From Methanoregula sp. (GTDB taxonomy: Archaea; Halobacteriota; Methanomicrobia; Methanomicrobiales; Methanospirillaceae), in assembly GCA_039698055.1 (NCBI GenBank), contig JBDKTL010000024.1, forward strand, positions 4,264 to 68,263: a stretch of DNA of 64,000 nt, given 5' to 3'. The notes beneath the pieces are model-generated. The model worked only from the letters and a program-made list of their open reading frames with translations, did no database searches and was not told the DNA's origin. The translations under genes were made by a program, and so were the position numbers. Below are positions 29,250 through 38,660 of this stretch, piece after piece. Each line of letters starts with the position of its first letter. Position 1 is the stretch's first letter.

Positions 29250-30650
29250 CTAGATTTCGTTCCTTTTCATTACATGTCGTCGCCGATTCCGGTGGCCAAT
29301 AATTCTGATAATGATAAACAGGAGGAGAACACCCACAACGCCAAGTGCAATCAGCATAATAAGTCCCCAGTCAAGGTTCTTCTCAAGAGTGAGAGTAACA
29401 AGGGGCGTTGTATTTCCAAGAGAGACCTGTGTCTCAATCGATGCCGATTGATAGCCGTCTTTGGATGCAGAAATGTTATAGGAGGTTGCATATTTTACCG
29501 GAGTAATAAACTGTCCATGAACATCGGTAATACCGATGGTTATGCCATCCATGAAGAGGGTCGCATTCGATAGATTCTTTTGATCCTTGTCCTGCACAAA
29601 GATCGTCAGATCTACTTTCTCATACGGCAGGACAACGGAAAAATCACTGGAATCTTTCGACACCGCGATCTGCCGGGTGGTCGTTGTATATCCATCTTTT
29701 TTCACCGATATCTGATAACTGCCGGCAACGAGGTTCTGGAGACTGGCACGCCCAAACGGGTTGGTACTCGCAACTACCGTGCCATTTATCGACACATCTG
29801 CTCCATTTAAAGGCGCATTATTTTCATCGGATACAAAGACAAACGCACCAACCGGTACTTTTGTCAGCGAAATGGTAGACAATGCTTCAGTATCGCTGAT
29901 CGTTTTTGATTCAGAAATTGCCTGGTACCCGTCCTTTTTAATATCAAGGGTCACCACTTTTCCACGAGTTATCGGAACGATCAGAATGCCGCGTGAATCT
30001 GTTTTTCCAACAGGAACAGAATCGATACTCACGAGAGCATCGGCCAAGGGCAACTGGGTGTCCTTATCCTTAACAATAAACGAATACCGGTTCCCTGACA
30101 GCAACCATAATTGTACGTCCTGGTTTTCATACCCGATATCCACGGTTCCGCTGCGAGACTGATAGTTGGGGGCGGTGATATCATAGGAATATAGAGTGGA
30201 TGAGATTACCCCGAATGTTGCAGAGCCATAAGCATCGGTCTGTTTTGTCTGGGTGGTATTGTCAGCAGTTAAGTCGATGGTTGCCCCGGTTACCGGTTGA
30301 AGGGTATCTGAATCGTACAGGTTGACATTCAGGGCCAGGGTTTTTCGGGTCAGGTTCACTAAGAGGGATGTTGCATTTCGATTTACCGTCTGTGTCCAGT
30401 CATCATAACCATCCATGGTAATCCGCAGGTTGAGATCATAGAGCCCGGAATGGGTGATTGCGAACTGGCCGTCAGCAGTTGTCCTGCCAAGGTTGGATCC
30501 GCCAAGGAATACTGTGGCATGAGAAACTGAGGTATTGTCAAGATTGTCCACTACCGTTATCTGCAGGTTCGTTGCCTGTACTGCGCTGCAGAGAAGGGTA
30601 ATGCAGAGCAACGCAAAAAGGAAACGAATATAACGTTTATACATACTCAA
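29250..30650 (-). CDS. Secreted protein with ~5 carboxypeptidase-regulatory-like/PEGA-type beta-sandwich repeats and a C-terminal TM anchor
   Basis: Signal peptide, then repeated ~80-aa units (V.V.D....PL.GA.V...G...G.TD..G....). The C-terminus LIMLIALGVVGVLLLFIIIRIIGHRNRRRH is a TM segment plus basic tail. Confidence 0.55.
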   Translation of the reverse strand: MSMYKRYIRFLFALLCITLLCSAVQATNLQITVVDNLDNTSVSHATVFLGGSNLGRTTADGQFAITHSGLYDLNLRITMDGYDDWTQTVNRNATSLLVNLTRKTLALNVNLYDSDTLQPVTGATIDLTADNTTQTKQTDAYGSATFGVISSTLYSYDITAPNYQSRSGTVDIGYENQDVQLWLLSGNRYSFIVKDKDTQLPLADALVSIDSVPVGKTDSRGILIVPITRGKVVTLDIKKDGYQAISESKTISDTEALSTISLTKVPVGAFVFVSDENNAPLNGADVSINGTVVASTNPFGRASLQNLVAGSYQISVKKDGYTTTTRQIAVSKDSSDFSVVLPYEKVDLTIFVQDKDQKNLSNATLFMDGITIGITDVHGQFITPVKYATSYNISASKDGYQSASIETQVSLGNTTPLVTLTLEKNLDWGLIMLIALGVVGVLLLFIIIRIIGHRNRRRHVMKRNEI

Positions 30651-30684
30651 TTATCCCATCCTGTTCATATTTTAGCCCATCGGT

Positions 30685-32208
30685 TCAAATCCCATAGGTT
30701 GTGGGAACACGGTCGAGCAGCATCCCTTCAACAACTACCGGCATGAGGCGCCGGCCTTCTTCAACGGCTTTCTGGAGCCGCCAGCTTCGTTCTGCATAAA
30801 TAGTAAAGAGGGGTTCTCCTGCCCGGATGAGTTTTCCTTTCTTGGCATGAAGAAGAATACCGGCACCCCGTTCATGGGGAGCTCCTGCCAGCCGCGCAAG
30901 GGTAATAAGCGATGTGTTGTTCATCTCTATGACATAGCCGGACGCCGGTGAATTGACAACAAATTCATGATCGCCCGGATGGATGTCATCGGATTTGATA
31001 TTTGGATCTCCACCTTGTATTGCGATGATCTCCCTGAATTTTTCGAGGGCTTTTCCCTTTGTAAGAATCTCCTGGGCCAGCTGGGCACCGGTATCGCGTG
31101 CGGCTTTCCCGGACATTTCAAGGGCAATGCCGGCAAGTGAGATGCTTTTCTGGATGAACGAATTTGGTTCTGGAGAGCCTTCAAGAACCCGGAGAGCTTC
31201 ACGGACTTCAAGGTTTGGCCCGATACTATGCCCCACAGGTATATCCCCATAGGTCAGCGCACATTCGACTTTGATATTAAGCCGGCCGCCCAGTTCGATG
31301 AACTCCCGGGCCAGCTTACGCCCTTCCTGCATCGACGGCACTTTTGTGTGCAGGCCAACAGGGATATCGATTACGACGAGATTGGCACCAACGGCAAATT
31401 TTTTTGCCATGACACTGGCAAGCATCTGGCCGCGGGCGTCAATCTTGAAGGGATATTCCTGGATGATGATCCGGTCGTCTGCGGGGGCAATGTTTGTCGC
31501 ACCGCCCCAGACAATCACGCCGCCAATTTTTTCAGTCATTCTCTGCACTTCGCTTGCAGAGAATTCAACTCCTGCAAGAACTTCCATAAGGTCTGCGGTT
31601 CCCCCGGCACCCGTAATGGCACGCGAGCTTGTTTTAGGTATTTTTAATCCACTTGCTGCGATGATGGGAACGACAAGGAGGGAAATTTTGTTACCGGGAA
31701 CGCCACCGATGGAGTGTTTATCGACAATGGGCCGTGAAGCGAATTTGATCTGTTCGCCGGTTTCAACCATGGCGCGGGTGAGATGTTCCACTTCATCCAT
31801 GTCGAGGGGATTAATATATGAGGCAGTAATAAAGGCAGTGAGTTCGGCAGGAGAAATGTCATCGTTGACGACGTCTTTGATGATGGTCAGCGTCTCATCC
31901 TTGGATAACCTGCCGCCATCCATCTTCTTTTTGATAAAATCCAGTGATGCCGGGCGCCCTGCTTCCCGCACTTCAATTCCGGCTCCATCTGCAAGGTTCA
32001 GGCGCTCGTTTGTAATCCGGTACAGTCCTGCAGTGCCCTGCCCGGCAAGAGTTGTTGTGGTGTCCACAAATGCGGTGACGGATACCCCGTTTTGCGGATT
32101 GATCACCTGCACACGGTCTCCATCCAGCACTCCAAGGTTCCGGGCGTCAAGCCGGTTGAGTAAAACACCCCGCTTTGCAATATCAAGGATTTTTGTGATG
32201 AACTTCAT
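30685..32208 (-). CDS. deoA: AMP phosphorylase (archaeal thymidine phosphorylase family, DeoA)
   Basis: 507 aa with an N-terminal extension ([30 protein letters not shown]) and a [10 protein letters not shown] motif, characteristic of archaeal AMP phosphorylase. Confidence 0.85.
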   Translation of the reverse strand: MKFITKILDIAKRGVLLNRLDARNLGVLDGDRVQVINPQNGVSVTAFVDTTTTLAGQGTAGLYRITNERLNLADGAGIEVREAGRPASLDFIKKKMDGGRLSKDETLTIIKDVVNDDISPAELTAFITASYINPLDMDEVEHLTRAMVETGEQIKFASRPIVDKHSIGGVPGNKISLLVVPIIAASGLKIPKTSSRAITGAGGTADLMEVLAGVEFSASEVQRMTEKIGGVIVWGGATNIAPADDRIIIQEYPFKIDARGQMLASVMAKKFAVGANLVVIDIPVGLHTKVPSMQEGRKLAREFIELGGRLNIKVECALTYGDIPVGHSIGPNLEVREALRVLEGSPEPNSFIQKSISLAGIALEMSGKAARDTGAQLAQEILTKGKALEKFREIIAIQGGDPNIKSDDIHPGDHEFVVNSPASGYVIEMNNTSLITLARLAGAPHERGAGILLHAKKGKLIRAGEPLFTIYAERSWRLQKAVEEGRRLMPVVVEGMLLDRVPTTYGI

Positions 32209-32436
32209 TTATCCTGCCTCCTGTTGGGACTCGGACTCTCGCACAAAGGCCTATCCTGATTATATCTACGTAGGTTGCACCATCATAAAAACCGCACCTG
32301 CGTGTGGCAATGAACAGTAAAGTAATTTTTCTCACGTGCAGGTGGAGACGGTGAGGGTGAACTTTTGCCGTACATGATCAGAGTTCCCCTGCCGGTAGTA
32401 AGCAGGAGCTCCGGTATGAAAACCGGGATGTGAGCA

Positions 32437-32503
32437 GGGTCATTGTTTAACCGGATTCGCCGTGAAGAGAATTTGCTGGCAGGTTCGATCCTGCAATGAC
32501 CCG
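32437..32503 (+). other. tRNA-like minihelix or pseudo-tRNA fragment
   Basis: A 9-bp acceptor-like helix GGGUCAUUG/CAAUGACCC flanks a T-arm-like GCAGG-UUCGAU-CCUGC. The loop is 6 nt rather than 7, and there is no convincing D or anticodon arm. Confidence 0.25.
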
Positions 32504-32617
32504 TGGGGGTATCCCATAAAATCCTGATGGGAGGGGGAGGGGGTACGTCCTTTTATGTTGTCAAATCACCGATCCCCACACAGGTATCAAGAGGGATCTC
32601 TCCCTGCCCCCCGCCAG

Positions 32618-32987
32618 AAATAGTTTTGGCTCAAACCCAGTGCGCCCCAAAAATATTTTTGCCTCATCACCCATCGCGACAAAAAAATTTCCGACCCAAC
32701 TCAGATCGCGTCAAAAATAATTTTGTCGCAACTAAGATCGCGCCAGAAAAAAATCCGGCGCGTGCCCGATCGGCCCGGAAAAATCTCTGTGACCCTCCAA
32801 CAGACAATTGTTTACCGTCGAAACCAGCCCCCGGGACGAGGGGGCCAACCGGGCGCCGGAAATATTTTTGCCTCACCAGCGATCGCGTCAAAAATAATTT
32901 TGTCGCAACTGAGATCGGCCCGAAAATATTTTTGGCACGTACCGGATCGCGCCGGAAAAAAATCTGCCGCGATTGCGATCGGCCCGG
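32618..32987. repeat. Degenerate ~32-bp tandem array: A/T-tract (AAAAATATTTTT-like) plus GC-rich GATCGCG/GATCGGCCCGG, in two ~130-bp higher-order copies
   Basis: Units start at 32618, 32649, 32681, 32713, 32747, 32779, then 32860, 32890, 32923 and 32956. The 37-mer 32704-32740 recurs at 32881-32917 (36/37). AAATATTTTTGCCTCA occurs at 32651 and 32860. Confidence 0.75.
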
Positions 32988-33027
32988 ATTGCCGGTTAAG
33001 AGAACCTTTCCCTGCGAAAGTTACTGC

Positions 33028-33035
33028 AAAAAAAA
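33028..33035 (-). terminator. Oligo-T (T8 on minus strand) terminator 19 nt after the S-layer gene stop
   Basis: The minus strand reads CTCTTTTTTTTGC directly downstream of the stop at 33054-33056. Confidence 0.5.
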
Positions 33036-33053
33036 GAGAGTTTAGATTTTAGT

Positions 33054-35858
33054 TCAGTGCCTGCGCACGACAAGGAGTGCAACTGCACCAAGACCGATCA
33101 ATGCAATCAGTGCACCAAAGCCCGGCTGTGTGGGGGTCTGGGTTGGGGTTGCAACGGTGGTCGGAACGGTTGTCACTACAGTGACCGGTGCAGTTGTTGT
33201 AACGGTTGTCGGAACTGCGGTTGGGGCAGTGCCTTCAAGAACGTTGAACAGTGCAGTACCGCTTGCTTCCTGGAGGACTGCAGTTGCCTTGACAATGTAC
33301 TCGTCGGGTTTGTACGTGGATGCGTCAACATCGAACGAGATCTTGTTCAGGCCGCTGTCACCCTTGGTAACCTTGACGGTTCCGGTTGAGCCGCTGAACC
33401 CACTGCTCATGCTCTTGTCAGTCGGCTTGAATGATGATGAGTAGATCTCCATGAGGACGTCATCGTCTACCGCGAGGTTGGTGGTTCCTGTGACGGTGAA
33501 CTTATCACCGACATGGCGGTCGCCAACGGGGTCGACATTGATAACGGGTACCTCGACGAGGAACTGGAGCTTGGTGTAGGTATCATCGACATTTGCGCTG
33601 TTGATACCATCGATAAGTGCCTGAGCTGCGTTAGATCCCTGAAGGCTGCTGCTTCCGGTCAACTTGAACAGCTGAAGAGGCGTGGTCGTGATGAGCTCGT
33701 TCCAGACATATCCTGCAACTTGCGGGGCTGGACCATATGCGTTGGGCTCGTACTGGATGTCGAACTTGTTGTTCTGCATCGGGTGCTGGGCAACAACGAA
33801 GTACTGTCCGGCAGAAAGAGACTTTGTGTCTTCCTTCTTAACCTCGTAGGAGAATGAAGCGTCGGAGTTTACAGACTGCGACTTGACAACTGCATAGTTC
33901 TTCCCGAGGATCCAGATCTGGACACCGGCGCTGGGCTGACCCTGTGCGGTACCGGTGATGAATACTGAGTCACCCTGTGCCACGGTCGACTGTGAGGCAG
34001 TTGCGCTGATGAACGGTGCCTTGATGATGATTGAGCACGTGCCATAGGCAACATTTGCAAGCTGAGTGTTCAGACTGGTGGACTTCTGGCTTGTTGCAAA
34101 GATCGTGTAGGTTCCCTGATCGAGTGCAACGGTTGAAGTTCCCCATTTGTAGGACCAGGTGTTGTCAGCCAGAACTGATGCCTGGATCCAGTCGCCGTCA
34201 TTGATAGCGGGGGTTGCCGCCGTGTCTGACAGGTCTCTGCTGCGTGGATCGAGGCTGGTCATGGATGAACCATATGCACCGAGGTTGGGCCCGGTGATAA
34301 ACAGCCAGGTGGTCTGGGTCTCGGTGTTGGTACCGGAGAACTGGATCTCTTCACCCAGGTAGTAGCTCTGGTCGCCGGCGGCCACAATGGTGACTGCGCC
34401 CTTTGCAACCTGCACATTGACTTCATCGCTCTTGAACTGGCCGGTGAAGTTCTGCTCTACACGGATCGTGTATTGCTGTGCCTTCGTCCAGTTGGTGGTA
34501 AGGAACTGAACAGTCCGGGTACCAGAGTCACTGAGCAAGACGTTTGCATACTCGTATGTACCGTTGCCGAGTTGCATGGATTGTATTTGCGCCTTGGTTA
34601 ACGGTGCCCATGCGGCTGCGGGAGACCAGTTCTTTGTGTTAGGCGCTACGTCACTAAGGATTGTAGCCTGAGCCCCGTTCTGGTACTGGTAGTTACCGTT
34701 TTCTCCTGCGGCGAACGATGGAACAATTCCTGCTGCACCGAGAAGACCGACGTTAGCTTCATTATCCAGAGTCACACCGGCCTGGTACGGCGCAATCATC
34801 GGGGGCTGGTCATCGTAAGCACCGCTCATGGTGCTTGTTCCCTTAACCCACAGGTGGTAGACCGTGTTTGCCCTACCGGTAATGGTAACGGAGAACGCCT
34901 TGCTGCGAACAACTGAGTCCTTGTTTGCCGAGAGCGACACCGTGTTTGAAGCAATGGTGACGGTCTGTGCACTGGACACTGTCTTCGTGGTGTAGCTTGC
35001 ACCGCCATTCAGGTAGTTGTTCAGCATGTTGTTCATCTTGGACTCAACGGTAACCGTGTAGGTACCTGCCGGGTATGCATTTGCACCGGTTGAACCAAGA
35101 ACACCAGTTGACCAGTTCCCAAGAGCGGGAGTGCTCCAGTACCATGAGGGCGCATTAACTTTCTGCGAGGTAATAGATAATGGAACTTTTGCATCGTTAA
35201 GCAGTGAGGTCAGGGTGTTACCGGAGTCGGTCTTCACCTTGATTTCTGCCCAGCCCTGTTGATCTACAGGCGTGTAGCCAGTGACCAATGCGGTCTGGTT
35301 TTGACGCAGGAGCGGCTGGTTAATTGCCGCGTCCATGTTGGTTCCAATCTTGAACGTAAGGTGATCTCCCTGGATAACGGAACCGCCGCTTACAGCTATT
35401 CCGCCCTGAGTACCCTGGTCAAGATCCCAGATGTCAACGGAAAGTTGCGGGTCTTTGACATTGATATACATGCTGGAGTTGGCAAATCCGGTAACTGGAT
35501 CAATCACATACCATGCAGATCCAGCGCCCATACCAAACGCAGAGCTGGAAATCGTGGTAATGCCATCAGCAGTCAATGGATAGGTCGCTGTTGCGGTAGT
35601 GGACCCAATGTTAGCTGCTGATGCCCACCAGCCGAGGGCTGTCGCGGTCTTCCCCGTATATGCTCCTCCTGATGCTGCCATCGCTGCATTCCATGTGGTT
35701 ACAGCGGGGGTAAGGTTTAACCCCTGTTCACCAATAAACACACTTGCGCCCTGGTTGATGCTCGTGTTAATGTAGTTGAACGATGCCGATGCCGGCATAA
35801 TTGCTACGAGAACGAACATCGCGAGTGCAACAAGTGCAATAGTTAATCGCTTAGTCAT
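33054..35858 (-). CDS. S-layer / major cell-surface glycoprotein with PGF-CTERM sorting signal
   Basis: Signal peptide MTKRLTIALVALAMFVLVAIMPASA, with ATG at 35858 preceded by GGAGGA. A Thr/Pro/Val-rich linker precedes the C-terminal PGFGALIALIGLGAVALLVVRRH. Confidence 0.8.
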   Translation of the reverse strand: MTKRLTIALVALAMFVLVAIMPASASFNYINTSINQGASVFIGEQGLNLTPAVTTWNAAMAASGGAYTGKTATALGWWASAANIGSTTATATYPLTADGITTISSSAFGMGAGSAWYVIDPVTGFANSSMYINVKDPQLSVDIWDLDQGTQGGIAVSGGSVIQGDHLTFKIGTNMDAAINQPLLRQNQTALVTGYTPVDQQGWAEIKVKTDSGNTLTSLLNDAKVPLSITSQKVNAPSWYWSTPALGNWSTGVLGSTGANAYPAGTYTVTVESKMNNMLNNYLNGGASYTTKTVSSAQTVTIASNTVSLSANKDSVVRSKAFSVTITGRANTVYHLWVKGTSTMSGAYDDQPPMIAPYQAGVTLDNEANVGLLGAAGIVPSFAAGENGNYQYQNGAQATILSDVAPNTKNWSPAAAWAPLTKAQIQSMQLGNGTYEYANVLLSDSGTRTVQFLTTNWTKAQQYTIRVEQNFTGQFKSDEVNVQVAKGAVTIVAAGDQSYYLGEEIQFSGTNTETQTTWLFITGPNLGAYGSSMTSLDPRSRDLSDTAATPAINDGDWIQASVLADNTWSYKWGTSTVALDQGTYTIFATSQKSTSLNTQLANVAYGTCSIIIKAPFISATASQSTVAQGDSVFITGTAQGQPSAGVQIWILGKNYAVVKSQSVNSDASFSYEVKKEDTKSLSAGQYFVVAQHPMQNNKFDIQYEPNAYGPAPQVAGYVWNELITTTPLQLFKLTGSSSLQGSNAAQALIDGINSANVDDTYTKLQFLVEVPVINVDPVGDRHVGDKFTVTGTTNLAVDDDVLMEIYSSSFKPTDKSMSSGFSGSTGTVKVTKGDSGLNKISFDVDASTYKPDEYIVKATAVLQEASGTALFNVLEGTAPTAVPTTVTTTAPVTVVTTVPTTVATPTQTPTQPGFGALIALIGLGAVALLVVRRH

Positions 35859-36415
35859 TCGTTTTCCTCCAAAGTTTACATCATACAATTCAAGCCAGAG
35901 AATCGTTTCGACAGATGCCGAACAACGCTTCTACGAGCCCCATACTCCGTTTAGACGGAATATGAAAGAGTATTTGTTAAAGAGCTAATATATCCTTTGT
36001 GGTTGTTTTTGATGGCAATTCTGGGCTCAAAATGCCATCAGTTTTTGATTCTGGTTGTTATTTGAAGGATTTGTAACATCTTTGGAACCCACTTTCATCA
36101 CGCGTTGCGGATTGCAGATATATTATAGCCTCTTTGGATTTCGCGCACCAATATAGATCGGTGTGTTAATATTAATATTAAATTATATTACAAACGTGAT
36201 TGTCAAAATCTAATTACCCGTTCAATTATACGATAATACATCGCATTCCTCATTATGTTTTTGTAAATACTGTATTAATTGTATATGGTACAATGAAATT
36301 ATGTTGAAATGAAATTGTATTCTGGACGAATCCATCAATACGCAATTTCGTGAACCCACGTGTCCCCACATTCATTCCGACACATTATACATCATACAGG
36401 TACCAACTATTTTCC

Positions 36416-37141
36416 ATGAGAATCATCCGGGCTCCCAGCATCGGACGGGCACACGAGCAAATCGTGAAGATGATCCTTGAAAAAGGCTGGGTACTCCAAA
36501 CCGAAGATAACGAAGCCACCATAGAATTCGAAGAAATAGCAATGCAGGTCGACACCCCGCTTGCAGAACCCGCAGTCAGCGTACATTCCCGGTTCCAGCA
36601 GAGATTTGTCGACCAGTATGCCCATGATCTGCTGCATGGTTCCAAAGCTGCCTTTGAATACGATTACCACGGGCGGCTCTTTGACTGGGGTGAACGCCTC
36701 GTTGCGGACGGGCAGCCTGTTCACATCGACCAGATTTCCTATATTGTCGATAAACTGAAAAAATCGACGGAAACCCGCCGTGCAATTGCTATCACGTGGA
36801 ACCCGCTCATCGATGAAAAACTTGACGACTGCCCCTGCCTGCAACTGATCCAGTGCACCCTCCGCGAAGGAAAACTTCACCTGCGGGTCGTCTTCCGGAG
36901 CAATGACATGCTCACCGCTGCCGGTGCGAATATGTACGCACTGGTGCAGCTCCAGAAGTCCATTGCAGAACAGCTGGGTGTGTCCTGTGGTACCTATACC
37001 CACATCTCCCTTGTTCCGCACATATATTATAAGAGAGACGTTCACGACATCGAACCCTTCTGCGGGAAAGGAAATTTTATCCAGCCGGTAAAAGAAGTCT
37101 GTAGTACCTGCCAGCGCTGCGATCGGGCAAAACTAAGATAA
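36416..37141 (+). CDS. thyA: Thymidylate synthase, archaeal (methanogen) ThyA-like
   Basis: MRIIRAPSIGRAHEQIVKMILEKG start, catalytic-Cys context DDCPCLQLIQC, then LHLRVVFRSNDM. ATG at 36416 chosen over the track start at 36350. Confidence 0.8.
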   Translation: MRIIRAPSIGRAHEQIVKMILEKGWVLQTEDNEATIEFEEIAMQVDTPLAEPAVSVHSRFQQRFVDQYAHDLLHGSKAAFEYDYHGRLFDWGERLVADGQPVHIDQISYIVDKLKKSTETRRAIAITWNPLIDEKLDDCPCLQLIQCTLREGKLHLRVVFRSNDMLTAAGANMYALVQLQKSIAEQLGVSCGTYTHISLVPHIYYKRDVHDIEPFCGKGNFIQPVKEVCSTCQRCDRAKLR

Positions 37142-37195
37142 CCGTAATGTCCGTCACTTTAATTAGGCAACAGCGGTAAAAAATAAGAGGCACAT

Positions 37196-37268
<73 letters not shown>

Positions 37269-37323
37269 CTTCTTTTCCGTTTTGCTTTTTTAAGAGCCGT
37301 TGCCCTGTACGATGCTGGAAACA

Positions 37324-38043
37324 TCATGCAATCAGCGCAGACAGGATACAGCTGATAAACACCGCACCGAATGTTCCTGCACCGCCTATACTGATCTGCG
37401 GCACTTCAAGTTTTTTTGCAGCAGGAAGATGCGCGATATTTGCACCAAGCAGGGTGCCAAACACGCCGCTGACAAATGCAATCACTCCCGCAGACAATCC
37501 TATCTGCCCGGACAGGAAAAATCCAACAAGGAGCGCGGTAAGTCCCGGAATAAACAACGATGTTCGTATCCCCACACCGGTGAGAGGACGTGTGGTCACA
37601 TACGCAACTGCGGCAACTATCAGGATACCAGCGATCACATACTCCGCCAGTGATGAATTTGAAACAAGAAGAGCGCGGTACAGGAAATACAGCGATAGCG
37701 TAACGGGTATGACAGCCCCCCCAAAATTCAGCGAGATAATTGTGTCCCAGACAGGGGTGTCTGCCCATGCGGTATCAACATTGGTCATCGACATCCCCTC
37801 TTCATGCGAAATCCTTACAGTATCACGGCGAATCTTCCAGAGCGGGATATTGATGAAGCTCCCAAGGAGCATCAACAGGACAACCGCAACCGCGGCAATC
37901 CATGAAAACCCCAGACGGGTGAATGCTTCACCGATCAACCCGAGGAACAGAAGTGGTATGATCAGAACGATAAGCCCTATGACGATGATAATACCGAGAA
38001 CAGACAACGGGCCGGCAGAGTAAAAATGGACTCCATCACTCAT
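37324..38043 (-). CDS. Polytopic membrane protein (DUF1614-like)
   Basis: 239 aa with about 6 TM helices. ATGA overlap with the flpA stop. The family assignment is from memory of archaeal DUF1614 proteins. Confidence 0.5.
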   Translation of the reverse strand: MSDGVHFYSAGPLSVLGIIIVIGLIVLIIPLLFLGLIGEAFTRLGFSWIAAVAVVLLMLLGSFINIPLWKIRRDTVRISHEEGMSMTNVDTAWADTPVWDTIISLNFGGAVIPVTLSLYFLYRALLVSNSSLAEYVIAGILIVAAVAYVTTRPLTGVGIRTSLFIPGLTALLVGFFLSGQIGLSAGVIAFVSGVFGTLLGANIAHLPAAKKLEVPQISIGGAGTFGAVFISCILSALIA

Positions 38044-38660
38044 AGGTAGTATTCACCTTCCGCTATTTTACCAATGATCGCTGCATGGTCCCGGTGGTAC
38101 GGCGCAAGCCAGACACTTTCTGTGATGACCACTCCTGCCGCCTCCAGAATCTCCAGTGTGTCATGGAAAACTTCGGCAGGCTCCTTTCTTACGTCCACGC
38201 TCCGGGTCTTGAGCATAAGGATAAGACTGCCGCCACGTTTCAGGAACGGACAATTCTTAAGCGCAATCGCAGCCTGATCTGGTTGCGCCACATCCTGATA
38301 CAGCAGATCAACCGGTTCAACCAACGGGGTGTATTGCTCCGGGCGGGAGGCATCTGCCATGATTGGCATCACATTTTTCCGGCGCCGCGCCACTTCGAGA
38401 AGGTCCTGCATCGGGCGGGGGGCAAACTCTACACTGTAAACAACTTCCACGTAGTCGGCAACATGAGATACCGTAGTCCCGTTTGCCGCACCAAGATAGA
38501 GCACCCGCATACCGGGCGTGAGTTCGATTCCGGTCCCGACATGGTACAAGGCAGATAACTTGCTCCGGTAGGGGTCCCACACCCGTGAACCGCCGAGCAT
38601 CCGCTCATTATAGACGCCCCCCTCGCCGGGAGAAACGAGCACATCGCCAATCCATATCAT
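38040..38660 (-). CDS. flpA: Fibrillarin-like rRNA/tRNA 2'-O-methyltransferase
   Basis: VWDPYRSKLSA and VLYLGAANGTTVSHVADYV (SAM motif I) motifs; 206 aa, directly downstream of nop5. Confidence 0.9.
   Translation of the reverse strand: MIWIGDVLVSPGEGGVYNERMLGGSRVWDPYRSKLSALYHVGTGIELTPGMRVLYLGAANGTTVSHVADYVEVVYSVEFAPRPMQDLLEVARRRKNVMPIMADASRPEQYTPLVEPVDLLYQDVAQPDQAAIALKNCPFLKRGGSLILMLKTRSVDVRKEPAEVFHDTLEILEAAGVVITESVWLAPYHRDHAAIIGKIAEGEYYL

Noticed and set aside
32506-32548. G-run cluster (GGGGG...GGGAGGGGGAGGGGG) as a G-quadruplex.
   Set aside because: Only three closely spaced runs are present, and the fourth is ~22 nt away. With so weak a motif and no independent support, this is not worth a claim.
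32618-32987. Possible CRISPR array, because of regularly spaced ~32-bp units.
   Set aside because: No invariant repeat alternates with unique spacers. Each unit is a degenerate A/T-tract plus GC block, the variable parts are only ~12 nt, and there are no cas genes or leader in the window.
32503-33045. 180-aa + strand ORF (and the 109-aa and 74-aa ORFs) across the repeat array.
   Set aside because: The translation is repeat-driven low complexity (..RVKNNFVATKI.. appears twice). There is no start context, and the ORF lies in a terminator/spacer region.
36000-36350. A very AT-rich ~350-bp block (TAATATTAATATTAAATTATATTA..) as a possible replication origin.
   Set aside because: There is no adjacent orc1/cdc6 and I could find no ORB-type inverted repeats. 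The simpler explanation is the divergent promoter region of the S-layer gene and thyA.
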